Source: an uncultured bacterium (GTDB lineage: Bacteria; Patescibacteriota; Gracilibacteria; UBA1369; PNNO01). From it: a stretch of 32,000 nt of DNA. The position numbers and the translations under genes were made by a program. The notes below the pieces were generated by a model. That model was not told the origin of the DNA. It ran no database searches and saw only the letters and a program-made list of their open reading frames with translations. Where the stretch lies: positions 540,001-572,000 of the forward strand of contig OY969931.1 of NCBI GenBank assembly GCA_963704705.1, in the 5' to 3' direction. This document shows, piece after piece, positions 9,230-17,768 of the stretch; position 1 is the stretch's first letter, and the number at the start of each line of letters is the position of its first letter.

Positions 9230-10036
9230 TTAAATAAACTTTGAGAGCGGTCCGTGAGATATCGGGCCGCTTTTTAATTCTATTCCAAGTGCCACGCACA
9301 AAACTTCGCTCATATGCATAACCGGCATGTTGAATCCTTTTTGATAAAAATCAAACTGCATGTGGCAAAAAGGGCAGTTGGTAATAATTAAATCAGCTTC
9401 GCCTTCAGCTGCATCACGCAAATATTTATCGCTCATATGGGTTGATGCCTTTTTGTTATACATTCCAATGTGGAATCCGCAGCAATCAAGCTTTGAAGGT
9501 AAATCAACCGGAGTTGCACCCAGAGCTTCAACAAATTCTTCAAAATTAAATGGATTTGCAGTGTTTTGGTGATCTTTTACGTATTTTGAAGGCCTTAAAA
9601 TATGACAGCCGTAGTATGTTGCAATTTTTAAGCCTTTTAGAGGCTTTTTAACTGCCTTTTTAAGCTTTTCTATGCCTAAATCCTCTGTAAGTACCCAAAG
9701 CCAGTGTTTAACGTTAAAATCAGTGAATTTGCCTTTTTCTCGCTGCTTAAATAAGTCTTTTCTCAAATTTATTACACAAGTCGAACAAATGGTCATAATA
9801 TCTAGCCCCTTTGCCTTACTATATTTAAAATTCCGTTCATTCATATCTTCATTAAATTTAGCATCAACTTCTTTAACTACTCCAGCTCCGCAGCAGCTAA
9901 ACTCAGGAATATCAACCAGTTCGATTCCAAGTTTTTTGCATGCGAGTCTTGTAGCTTTATCATATTCAGATGTAAGCTGTTTGCTCGCGCATCCGGGAAA
10001 ATACGCATACCTTATTTTTTCTTCATTTCGTCCCAT
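9230..10036 (-). CDS. sdhE: CCG-domain (HdrB-like) subunit of type-E succinate dehydrogenase/fumarate reductase
   Basis: Two complete cysteine-rich modules: FPGC...SCCGAG...CSTC and YYGC...CCGF...CPFC; overlaps the end of the SdhB-like gene. Confidence 0.85.
   Translation of the reverse strand: MGRNEEKIRYAYFPGCASKQLTSEYDKATRLACKKLGIELVDIPEFSCCGAGVVKEVDAKFNEDMNERNFKYSKAKGLDIMTICSTCVINLRKDLFKQREKGKFTDFNVKHWLWVLTEDLGIEKLKKAVKKPLKGLKIATYYGCHILRPSKYVKDHQNTANPFNFEEFVEALGATPVDLPSKLDCCGFHIGMYNKKASTHMSDKYLRDAAEGEADLIITNCPFCHMQFDFYQKGFNMPVMHMSEVLCVALGIELKSGPISHGPLSKFI
9247..9275 (+). terminator. Rho-independent terminator (GCGGTCC...GGGCCGC TTTTT)
   Basis: 7-bp stem with one G-T pair followed by T5, 17 nt after the 9229 stop; lies antisense within the 3' end of the convergent sdhE ORF. 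Confidence 0.8.
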
Positions 10037-10908
10037 TTTTTAACTTTTTTAATAAATAGGGGAGGGAATTTGCCTTTTAAAAGCATTTTTATAGCAAGCG
10101 GAAGCATTTTTACTGCTCTAAATGGACCCCAGGTTCCAAGCGGCAGTTTAAATTCTTCAATTTCTCCTTTTCGCATAACTGATTTATAGATTGTTTTTGC
10201 ATGTCTTGCTCCGTCATTATTTGTAATACCTTCTTTTATTGAACTTTCACGTAAATGAGAAATAACATCTTGCGGCTCAATATCCTGAGGGCAGTTTTCA
10301 CTGGCTTTTTCACAATGAGCACACATCCAGATTTGCTTTTCTACAAGCTGTTTTAAGCGTTCACGTTTTGCCCCGTCACGTACATCATCAATGTAGCGTT
10401 GGGCCAGAACTGAAGCAGCCGGCCCCAAGTATTTTCCTGAAGCATCACGTGAAGGACAATCAGAAAAACAAGCAGCGCACCAAATACATTCAGAGGATTT
10501 TTCAATTTTTTTCACATCTTCAGGCATTACCTTAACATCACGCATTTCATCAAACCATGGTTTTACCGCTTCCATTTCAGCATAAAAAGGTTTCATGTCC
10601 ACAATCAAATCTTTAATAATTCTTAAATTTCCAATAGGTTTAATGCGCACTTCTCCAAACTCCGCAATTTCATTTTTCAAAAAAGTTTTGCATGTTAGCC
10701 TGGCGCGGCCATTAACAACCATTGAACAAGAACCGCAAATACCTGCTTTACACGCATGTCTGAATCCGAGTTCAGCGTCATGTTTTTCTTTAATTAAAAT
10801 TAGTGCATCCAAAACAGTTAAATTTTCATCATACTCAATTTCATACTCTTTAAAGTAAGGTTTTTCGTCTGTTTCCGGATTAAATCTTTGAATTTTAATC
10901 TTTATCAT
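10012..10908 (-). CDS. sdhB: Succinate dehydrogenase/fumarate reductase iron-sulfur subunit
   Basis: [2Fe-2S] motif CKAGICGSC...C, [4Fe-4S] motif CIWCAACFSDCP, second motif CAHCEKASENCP; overlaps sdhA and sdhE. Confidence 0.92.
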   Translation of the reverse strand: MIKIKIQRFNPETDEKPYFKEYEIEYDENLTVLDALILIKEKHDAELGFRHACKAGICGSCSMVVNGRARLTCKTFLKNEIAEFGEVRIKPIGNLRIIKDLIVDMKPFYAEMEAVKPWFDEMRDVKVMPEDVKKIEKSSECIWCAACFSDCPSRDASGKYLGPAASVLAQRYIDDVRDGAKRERLKQLVEKQIWMCAHCEKASENCPQDIEPQDVISHLRESSIKEGITNNDGARHAKTIYKSVMRKGEIEEFKLPLGTWGPFRAVKMLPLAIKMLLKGKFPPLFIKKVKKWDEMKKK

Positions 10909-12463
10909 AATAAATAAAAGAATGTTTTTTAAAGTTTTGGTCGTCCCTCTCAGGATAATCCGTTCTATAATGAGCTCCGCGGCTTTCTTTGCGTTCTATT
11001 GCGGCTTTTAAAATCGCCTCTGCTATATCGAGCATGTTTTTAAGTTCAAGAGTGTTATAAAAACTAAAGTAATAAGGCGAACTGTTATTAATCTGAATAT
11101 TTTTATATCTTTCTTTTAATTCTTTTATGGATTTCAAGCCCTTAAACAATGAATCTTCATGCCTGAAAATGCCTGCGCTAAGCAGCATTTCGGTTTTTAA
11201 TTCATTTTTGATTTCATATGGATTTTCATTACCTTTTTCATTTAAATATTCCGGTTTTTCATGATTTTGTAATATGTTTGCTGGTGTGTTTTTTACGTAT
11301 TTCGTGGCATTTTGTCCTGCTTTTTTGCCAAAAACAACTGTTTCCATTAATGAATTGCCTCCGAGTCTGTTTGCTCCGTGGATTCCTGCGCAAGCGCATT
11401 CTCCGGCTGCAAATAAACCTTTAATTTCTGTTTCGCATTCTTCATTTGTTGAAATTCCTCCCATAAAATAGTGAACTCCCGGTTTTACCGGAATTGGCTG
11501 TTTTGTACAGTCTATGTCTGCGAATTCTTTTGCTATTTTATGGATTTGGCTTAATCTTCCCAAAACAACATCATCATCAAGATGCCTTAAATCCAGGTGA
11601 ACTGCTCCATCAATTCCACGGCCTTCTTCGATTTCTTTTTGGATTGCTCTGGCAACAATATCTCGTTCAGCAAGTTCATCAACAAACCGCTCACCATCTT
11701 TATTAATAAGATGAGCGCCTTCACCTCGTGTACCTTCTGAAATTAGCAAAGGCCTGTGATGAAGTGTTGTTGGATGAAACTGAACGAATTCGATATCTTT
11801 AAGTGCGCAGCCGGCACGATAGGCGAGTGCCATGCCGTCACCAGTTGAAATAGTTGCGTTAACTGTATTTTTAAATATCTGACCAGCGCCTCCGGTAGCC
11901 AAAATTACAGCTTTGGCCTGAATGGCATAATGCTCCCCGGTTGAAATATCATAGGCAGAAAGGCCAATAATTTTTCTGTCTTCAACAATCAATGAATCAA
12001 CAAACCACTCATCTAAAAATTCAACATTATTTTTTAAACATTGTGTATATAAAGTGGTAATTAAATTATGACCTGTATAATCGCGTGAATAACAGGTTCT
12101 AACTTCGCTGTTACCGCCAAAAGGTCTTTGAGCAATTTTGCCATCTTTAGTTCTGCTGAAAATCATTCCCATTTTCTCTAAATCTTCGATAGCTTCAGGT
12201 GCTTTTTCACAAAAATGCTGAACTGCTAAATTATCGCTTAAATCATCGCCGCCTTTTATTGTGTCTTCAATATGCGCTTTAACTGAACCATTTACAGCTG
12301 CGTTCATACCGCCCTGAGCCATACAGGTTTGGCTGCGTAAAGGGTGAACTTTTGAAATAATGCAAACTTTAAGGTCTTTTTCGCAGTTTAAAGCCGCTGT
12401 TAAACCTGTTCCGCCTCCGCCAACTATTACAATGTCATATTTTAATTTATTCATAGCCTGCAT
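10895..12463 (-). CDS. sdhA: Succinate dehydrogenase/fumarate reductase flavoprotein subunit (possible true start at the internal ATG, 12454)
   Basis: YDIVIVGGGGTGL dinucleotide-binding motif, HPLRSQTCMAQGG, FVQFHPTTL, SEGTRGEGAHL, MGGISTNEE, GANRLGGNSLMETVVFG, SRGAHYRTDYPERDD. Confidence 0.95.
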   Translation of the reverse strand: MQAMNKLKYDIVIVGGGGTGLTAALNCEKDLKVCIISKVHPLRSQTCMAQGGMNAAVNGSVKAHIEDTIKGGDDLSDNLAVQHFCEKAPEAIEDLEKMGMIFSRTKDGKIAQRPFGGNSEVRTCYSRDYTGHNLITTLYTQCLKNNVEFLDEWFVDSLIVEDRKIIGLSAYDISTGEHYAIQAKAVILATGGAGQIFKNTVNATISTGDGMALAYRAGCALKDIEFVQFHPTTLHHRPLLISEGTRGEGAHLINKDGERFVDELAERDIVARAIQKEIEEGRGIDGAVHLDLRHLDDDVVLGRLSQIHKIAKEFADIDCTKQPIPVKPGVHYFMGGISTNEECETEIKGLFAAGECACAGIHGANRLGGNSLMETVVFGKKAGQNATKYVKNTPANILQNHEKPEYLNEKGNENPYEIKNELKTEMLLSAGIFRHEDSLFKGLKSIKELKERYKNIQINNSSPYYFSFYNTLELKNMLDIAEAILKAAIERKESRGAHYRTDYPERDDQNFKKHSFIYYDKD

Positions 12464-12472
12464 ATATTAGAA

Positions 12473-12508
12473 AAAAGCCGCCCTTAATGCAAGGACGGCT
12501 TCTTTTTT
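12473..12508. terminator. Bidirectional terminator-like hairpin in the sdhA 5' region
   Basis: AAAAAAGCCGCCCTTAATGCAAGGACGGCTTCTTTTTT: about 9-bp stem with one mismatch; T-run on both strands. Confidence 0.6.
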
Positions 12509-12581
12509 AATCAACTATTTATTAATAGAAATGTTGACTTCATTTGATTATTTACTTAAAGTTATTTCTGTTTGAATTCAT

Positions 12582-12656
12582 TGGGGCGTGGCCAAGTGGT
12601 AAGGCACCGGGTTTTGGTCCCGGCATTCGGGGGTTCGAATCCCTCCGCCCCAGCCA
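12582..12656 (+). tRNA. tRNA-Gln (anticodon TTG), CCA encoded
   Basis: Acceptor TGGGGCG/CGCCCCA, D-arm GCC/GGC, anticodon arm CCGGG-TTTTGGT-CCCGG, T-arm GGGGG-TTCGAAT-CCCTC (one internal weak pair), discriminator G + CCA. Confidence 0.93.
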
Positions 12657-12671
12657 ATTTAAGATTTTTAT

Positions 12672-13139
12672 ATGAGAGATAAAAGATTTATTGCGAAGCA
12701 TCGTGGAGGGCTTTTGGCGATGGACCAACATAAGCTTTTGATTAAATGGTCTTATCTATGTGTGGAACACGTTTTGTCGCTTTTAGGTCAGCTAATTGAT
12801 TCAAGAATATTGAATGCGATTTCCGTGGCAAAAGAGTGGGAAAAGGGTAATGTTAAAACTGGCGTGGCGATGAAAGCTGCAGTTGAAGCACACTCGTTAG
12901 CAAGAGAATCTTCCAACCCTGTTGAAATTGCTATTGCTCGTGCGGCTGGCCATGCAGTAGCTACCGCACATATGGCAGACCATTCATTGGGTGGTGCTCT
13001 TTATGCTTTGAAAGCTGTTAAATACGCAGGTCGTCCTATTGACATAGAAAAGGATTGGCAAAATCGAAAGGTCCCGTTAGAACTAAAAGATCTTGTATTG
13101 GAAACATTGATGGTTAAAGGAAAAAGCTTTAAACTGTAA
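12672..13139 (+). CDS. Putative immunity protein (Imm5-like family)
   Basis: 155 aa with family-like features AKEWEKGNVKTGVAMKAAVEAHSLARE and AIARAAGHAVATAHMADHSLGGALYALKAV. Confidence 0.7.
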   Translation: MRDKRFIAKHRGGLLAMDQHKLLIKWSYLCVEHVLSLLGQLIDSRILNAISVAKEWEKGNVKTGVAMKAAVEAHSLARESSNPVEIAIARAAGHAVATAHMADHSLGGALYALKAVKYAGRPIDIEKDWQNRKVPLELKDLVLETLMVKGKSFKL

Positions 13140-13178
13140 AAGGGTACTAGACCCAGTAGCCAGCCATAATTTCCTACT

Positions 13179-13904
13179 ATGATATCCATTTCCTCTCACA
13201 AAAAAATTCGGATTATAGTTTTGCTGATAATCATCGCACTTTTATTACTCGCATTTGGCACTTATAAAATCAGCAAGTCCAGGACTTTTCAGTTTTTTGG
13301 AGATATTGTGAATCGTCTTGATACCGATGCGAAGCTTGTTGCGCTTACATTTGATGACGGTCCGAATGCGCAGGTGCAGGAAGTTTTGGATATATTGGAT
13401 TCCAAAGGTATTAATGCCACTTTTTATGTAATCGGAAAAGAAGCCGAGAATAATCCGGATGTGCTTAAGTCAATTGTTGATGAAGGCAATGAGATTGGAA
13501 ATCATTCTTATTCACATGAGCCTTTTTTGTTAAAATCACAGGATTATATTCGGCATGAAATTGAAGCCACAGGTAGTATTATTCGCGATGCGGGATATAA
13601 CGATGAAATTACTTTTCGTCCGCCGTTCGGCAAAAAACTTTTTGGACTTCCATGGTTTCTTGCACAGCATAATATAAAAACAATTACTTGGGATGTTGAA
13701 CCGGATACTTATTTCCCAGGTGATGCTGATGCCATAACAAATTTCACTGTTGAGAATGTGAAACCGGGATCAATTATTCTTATGCATCCGTTTTGTGAGA
13801 TCAATTGTGCTGCGGATCGCCAGGCATTGCCCGAAATAATTGATTTAATAAAAGCAAAAGGATATTCTTTTGTCACTGTTTCTGAATTATTACAATATAA
13901 ATAA
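13179..13904 (+). CDS. Polysaccharide deacetylase (NodB-like) with N-terminal TM anchor
   Basis: VALTFDDGPN, IGNHSYSH, FRPPFG, WDVEPDTY, ILMH motifs; N-terminal TM IIVLLIIIALLLLAFG. Confidence 0.92.
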   Translation: MISISSHKKIRIIVLLIIIALLLLAFGTYKISKSRTFQFFGDIVNRLDTDAKLVALTFDDGPNAQVQEVLDILDSKGINATFYVIGKEAENNPDVLKSIVDEGNEIGNHSYSHEPFLLKSQDYIRHEIEATGSIIRDAGYNDEITFRPPFGKKLFGLPWFLAQHNIKTITWDVEPDTYFPGDADAITNFTVENVKPGSIILMHPFCEINCAADRQALPEIIDLIKAKGYSFVTVSELLQYK

Positions 13905-13916
13905 ACCACTACAACT

Positions 13917-14228
13917 ATGAAAATCTGTATTTCATGTGGCATGCCATTAGATAACACGGAAAATATCGGTGCGGAACTTGATGATGGTATGGTTTGCATA
14001 CATTGTTCAACTCATGATGGGCAGGTTAAAAGCTGCGAGGAGATTTTTGAAGGCGGGGTTAAATTTTTTATGCAGATTATTCCTGATGCAAGACGAGATT
14101 TGGCTGAAAGGCTAACACGTAAAAATATGAACAGACTTCCTTATTGGCAGCATAATAAAGCTGATTGCCTTAATGGCGATGAAGCAAGTGACGAAGAATT
14201 TGCTGAAATGATGGCCAAATTACAGTAA
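13917..14228 (+). CDS. Putative zinc-ribbon protein (PF12674-like)
   Basis: CISCGMPLDN...VCIHC, characteristic LPYWQ segment. Confidence 0.75.
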   Translation: MKICISCGMPLDNTENIGAELDDGMVCIHCSTHDGQVKSCEEIFEGGVKFFMQIIPDARRDLAERLTRKNMNRLPYWQHNKADCLNGDEASDEEFAEMMAKLQ

Positions 14229-14291
14229 GAATCCTTTAAAAGGACCATCATTTGCCATATTATAATTAGCGTATTACATAAATTTACTTCC

Positions 14292-14588
14292 ATGAAATCA
14301 TTTCATACAAGACGTGCTTCAGGTGGAGAGGTTTTTATCGTTGCGGTTGTTATTGCAGGCTTTTTTTGGCTGATGTCGCAGGGGATAATGCAAATTCAGG
14401 ACATCTGGTCTTATGTAGGATTCCTTTTAATTATAGTTGTCTTCTATTTCGCACTTTTGCTATGTCGTATGATATTTTTCCATATGGTTGGAGGCAATGC
14501 ATACCCGTGGTGGGAACATGTACAGCATCATGAGGAATATTTAAAGGGAGAACATAAGAAAACTTCAAAGGGAAATAGACATAACTAG
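14292..14588 (+). CDS. Small membrane protein, function unknown
   Basis: 98 aa with two hydrophobic segments (FIVAVVIAGFFWLM, YVGFLLIIVVFYFALLLC). Confidence 0.6.
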   Translation: MKSFHTRRASGGEVFIVAVVIAGFFWLMSQGIMQIQDIWSYVGFLLIIVVFYFALLLCRMIFFHMVGGNAYPWWEHVQHHEEYLKGEHKKTSKGNRHN

Positions 14589-14597
14589 CCAGCCAAT

Positions 14598-16391
14598 TTA
14601 TCTCGCTTTCTTCCTGTCGTTTAAATTCAGGATTTTTTTGCGTAACCTGACTCGTGTAGGTGTTATTTCAGCGTATTCGTCTTCTTTAATATATTCAATT
14701 GCACTTTCAAGTGTCATTGGAACAATAGGAGTTAAAGTCAAAGCTTCATCTGCACTTGAAGACCGCACATTACTTAATTTTTTATTTTTAATCGGATTAA
14801 CAACAAGATCGGTTCCCTGATTGTGTTCGCCGATAATCATTCCTTCGTAAACTTCAGTGCCCGGACCAATAAAAAGCGGGCCTCTCTCCTGTAATTTCCA
14901 TAATGAATAAGCCATTGTTGAACCATTTTCTCCCGATATCAACGAGCCAACAGTACGTTTTTCGATTTTACCGACATGCGGCGCAAAATGATCAAACGAA
15001 TGATAAAGCGTGCCTTCGCCTCGCGTAATAAGCAAGAATGCTGAACGAAATCCAAGCAGACCTCTTGTCGGAACTTCAAATTCCAGCATTGTGTTGCCGT
15101 TTTCTGCCTTCATGTTTTTCATGATTCCTTTTCTGCGGCCCAAAGCTTCAATAACCTGGCCGGCCATTGAGTCAGGCACATTAATAACCGCGTTTTCAAT
15201 CGGTTCATTTTTTACTCCGTCAATCTCACGCATTATTACCTCGGGCTGAGAAATTTGTAATTCAAAACTTTCACGCCTCATGGTTTCGATTAGCACGGCA
15301 ATATGCATTTCACCGCGACCGAAAACCTTAAGTGCATCGCTTCCTTCAATTGGTTTGAGTTGCAAACCAACGTTTGTTTCAAGTTCTTTTTCAAGACGGT
15401 CTCTTAAGTGACGGCCTGTTACGTATTTGCCTTCACGTCCGGCAAAAGGGGAGTCATTAACCATAAATTCAATTGCAAGTGCGGGAGGATCAACTTTAAT
15501 AGCAGGCAATACTTCGGCATTTTCGTCAGTTGTAATTGTTTCGCCAACATAAATTTCCGGTAATCCGGCCAAAGCAATTATATCTCCGGCCTGAGCCTGT
15601 TTGATTTCATATTTTTCCATTCCTTCAAATGCGAAAATTTTACTTATTTTACCATGATATTTTTTGCCATTTGATTTGATTACTGTAACGGATTGCAGGG
15701 GTTTTACAGTGCCTTCATATACTCTTCCAATTGCTATTCTTCCCAAAAAATTATCGTACTGTAAAGTTGCGGGCTGCATTCTAAAAGGCGCATCAGCATT
15801 ATTTTGAGCGGGTTTTACATTTTCAAAAATAAAATCAATCAAAGGTAAAATATTCTTTTGCTCATCAGTTAATTGTCTTATTGCCACACCCTTTTTTGCG
15901 TCCGCATAAATATAAGGAAAATCCAGTTGTTCTTCGGTTGCACCAAGACTCGCGAAAAGATCAAAAGTTAAATTTACAACTTCATCCGGTCTTGCCATTG
16001 GCTTATCTATTTTATTAATAACAACAAGCACTTTAAGGCCAAGTTCCAAAGATTTTCTTAACACAAATTTAGTTTGCGGCATTGGGCCTTCGTAAGCGTC
16101 AACAACAAGAATAACCGCATCAACTGTTCTTAGTACGCGTTCAACTTCAGATCCGAAATCAGCATGACCCGGAGTATCAACAATATTAATTTTCTTTCCA
16201 TGATATGTAATTGCCGCATTTTTGGCATAAATTGTGATTCCTCGCTCTTTTTCCTGATCATTGCTGTCCATTGCGCGTTCAGCAAGACCTTTATGCACGT
16301 CAAAATTATCACTGGATTTTAAAAGCGAATCAACTAAAGTTGTTTTTCCGTGATCCACATGCGCTACAATCGCTATATTATATATGTCCAT
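14598..16391 (-). CDS. typA: GTP-binding translational regulator TypA/BipA
   Basis: AHVDHGKTTLVD, ERGITIYAKN, DTPGHADFG, NKIDKP and the full-length TypA domain series (597 aa). Confidence 0.97.
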   Translation of the reverse strand: MDIYNIAIVAHVDHGKTTLVDSLLKSSDNFDVHKGLAERAMDSNDQEKERGITIYAKNAAITYHGKKINIVDTPGHADFGSEVERVLRTVDAVILVVDAYEGPMPQTKFVLRKSLELGLKVLVVINKIDKPMARPDEVVNLTFDLFASLGATEEQLDFPYIYADAKKGVAIRQLTDEQKNILPLIDFIFENVKPAQNNADAPFRMQPATLQYDNFLGRIAIGRVYEGTVKPLQSVTVIKSNGKKYHGKISKIFAFEGMEKYEIKQAQAGDIIALAGLPEIYVGETITTDENAEVLPAIKVDPPALAIEFMVNDSPFAGREGKYVTGRHLRDRLEKELETNVGLQLKPIEGSDALKVFGRGEMHIAVLIETMRRESFELQISQPEVIMREIDGVKNEPIENAVINVPDSMAGQVIEALGRRKGIMKNMKAENGNTMLEFEVPTRGLLGFRSAFLLITRGEGTLYHSFDHFAPHVGKIEKRTVGSLISGENGSTMAYSLWKLQERGPLFIGPGTEVYEGMIIGEHNQGTDLVVNPIKNKKLSNVRSSSADEALTLTPIVPMTLESAIEYIKEDEYAEITPTRVRLRKKILNLNDRKKAR

Positions 16392-16437
16392 TTTAGTTCT
16401 TAAATCAATAACCAGCTGATTCTAACAGTTAATTACA

Positions 16438-16466
16438 TTAACTGCAAAGCGGAATTTTGATATAAT
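16438..16466 (+). promoter_or_regulatory. Promoter candidate TTAACT - 17 nt - TATAAT, 6 nt upstream of an ATG
   Basis: -10 TATAAT at 16461-16466 with weak -35 at 17-nt spacing; start codon at 16473. Confidence 0.6.
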
Positions 16467-16472
16467 ATTATT

Positions 16473-17768
16473 ATGACAAAACCCACACTAAAACGCGAAC
16501 TCGGATTATTCCAGGCCACTACAATAGGCGTGGGGCTTATTTTAGGCGCTGGAATTTACGTTTTAATTGGTGAAGCAAGCGCTACTTCAGGCAATGCTGT
16601 ATGGCTGGCTTTTCTAATTTCAGCAGTTGTTTCTTTATTAACCGGTCTTTCTTATGCTGAGCTTTCATCTATGTATCCGAAAGATGCAGCTGAATATACT
16701 TACACCGATAAAGCTTTTGGCAGGGGACTTGCTTTTTTTATAGGTTATTTTGTTTTACTTTCAGCAGTTATTTCAGCAGCGGTTGTGGCAATTGGTTTTG
16801 CTGGTTATTTTAATTCTTTACTTAATTTAAACAATATAATTCTTACATCAATTGTAATAATCATACTTTTTTCAATTTTAAATTATCGCAGCATTAAAGA
16901 ATCCGCTTGGGCGAATGTTATTTTTACAGCGCTAGAAACGTTTGGTCTGCTTGTAATTATCTTTTTGGGAATATTTCATATTGGTTCGGTTGATTATTTT
17001 GAGATGCCGATCGGAATGGCTGGTGTTTTTAAGTCTGCTGCATTGGTATTTTTTGCTTTTTTGGGATTTGAGAGTGTTGTTAAGCTTTCTGAAGAATGCA
17101 GAAATCCGCGTAAAACAATACCGCTCGCGCTTCTTCTTTCAATTGGAATAACCACTGTATTATATATTTTGGTTGCCATAGCTGCTGTTAGCATTTTAGA
17201 TTGGCAGACATTGGCTGCTTCAAAGGCTCCACTTGCTGATGTTGCAGCTACTGTACTCGGAAATAACGCTTTTATCGCAATATCAATAATCGCGCTTTTT
17301 TCAACCGGCAACACTGTTTTAATAAGCCTAATAGCAGGCTCGCGCACACTTTACGGAATAGGGGAGGAGTACAAACTTTTAAAGCCTTTTCACAAAGTTC
17401 ACAAAACAAGGCACACACCTCATGTTGCAATTTGGACTGTAATGATTTTTTCTATAATTTTCACTTTTATTAATGATATCGGTTTAATAGCTGAGCTTAC
17501 AAACTTCACTTTATTTGTTACTTTCGCAGTAATTAATCTCGCTGTAATCGCTTTAAGGTACAAATATCCAAACGAACCCCGAAAATTCAAAGTGCCTTTA
17601 AATATAGGTAAAGTGCCTATACTCGCTTTTGCCGGGTTTTTATCGTGCCTTTTCTTTATTTCACAATTAAATAAAGAAATAATTATTGGCGGACTCGGGC
17701 TTGTTGCGCTTGGAGCGATATTTTATTTACTTGTTATCCGTTTCGAGTACCGAAATAAAGAGCAGTAA
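16473..17768 (+). CDS. APC-superfamily amino acid permease
   Basis: 431 aa, multiple TM; GVGLILGAGIYVLIGEA, FFAFLGFESV, EECRNPRKTIP motifs. Confidence 0.9.
   Translation: MTKPTLKRELGLFQATTIGVGLILGAGIYVLIGEASATSGNAVWLAFLISAVVSLLTGLSYAELSSMYPKDAAEYTYTDKAFGRGLAFFIGYFVLLSAVISAAVVAIGFAGYFNSLLNLNNIILTSIVIIILFSILNYRSIKESAWANVIFTALETFGLLVIIFLGIFHIGSVDYFEMPIGMAGVFKSAALVFFAFLGFESVVKLSEECRNPRKTIPLALLLSIGITTVLYILVAIAAVSILDWQTLAASKAPLADVAATVLGNNAFIAISIIALFSTGNTVLISLIAGSRTLYGIGEEYKLLKPFHKVHKTRHTPHVAIWTVMIFSIIFTFINDIGLIAELTNFTLFVTFAVINLAVIALRYKYPNEPRKFKVPLNIGKVPILAFAGFLSCLFFISQLNKEIIIGGLGLVALGAIFYLLVIRFEYRNKEQ

Noticed and set aside
9360-12358. Antisense ORFs of 60-123 aa opposite sdhA, sdhB and sdhE
   Set aside because: They fall entirely within strongly supported genes and have non-natural compositions; typical shadow ORFs.
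10895-12463. SdhA being a truncated pseudogene because it is 522 aa
   Set aside because: All key FAD-binding and active-site regions and the conserved C-terminal SRGAHYRTDYPERDD segment are present in one open frame.
12582-13139. tRNA-Gln as an integration site of a mobile island
   Set aside because: No integrase and no duplicated tRNA 3' fragment were noticed downstream; genes to the right look ordinary.
14231-14245. TCCTTTAAAAGGA palindrome after the zinc-ribbon gene as a terminator
   Set aside because: Short AT-rich stem with no following T-run; not enough to support a terminator call.
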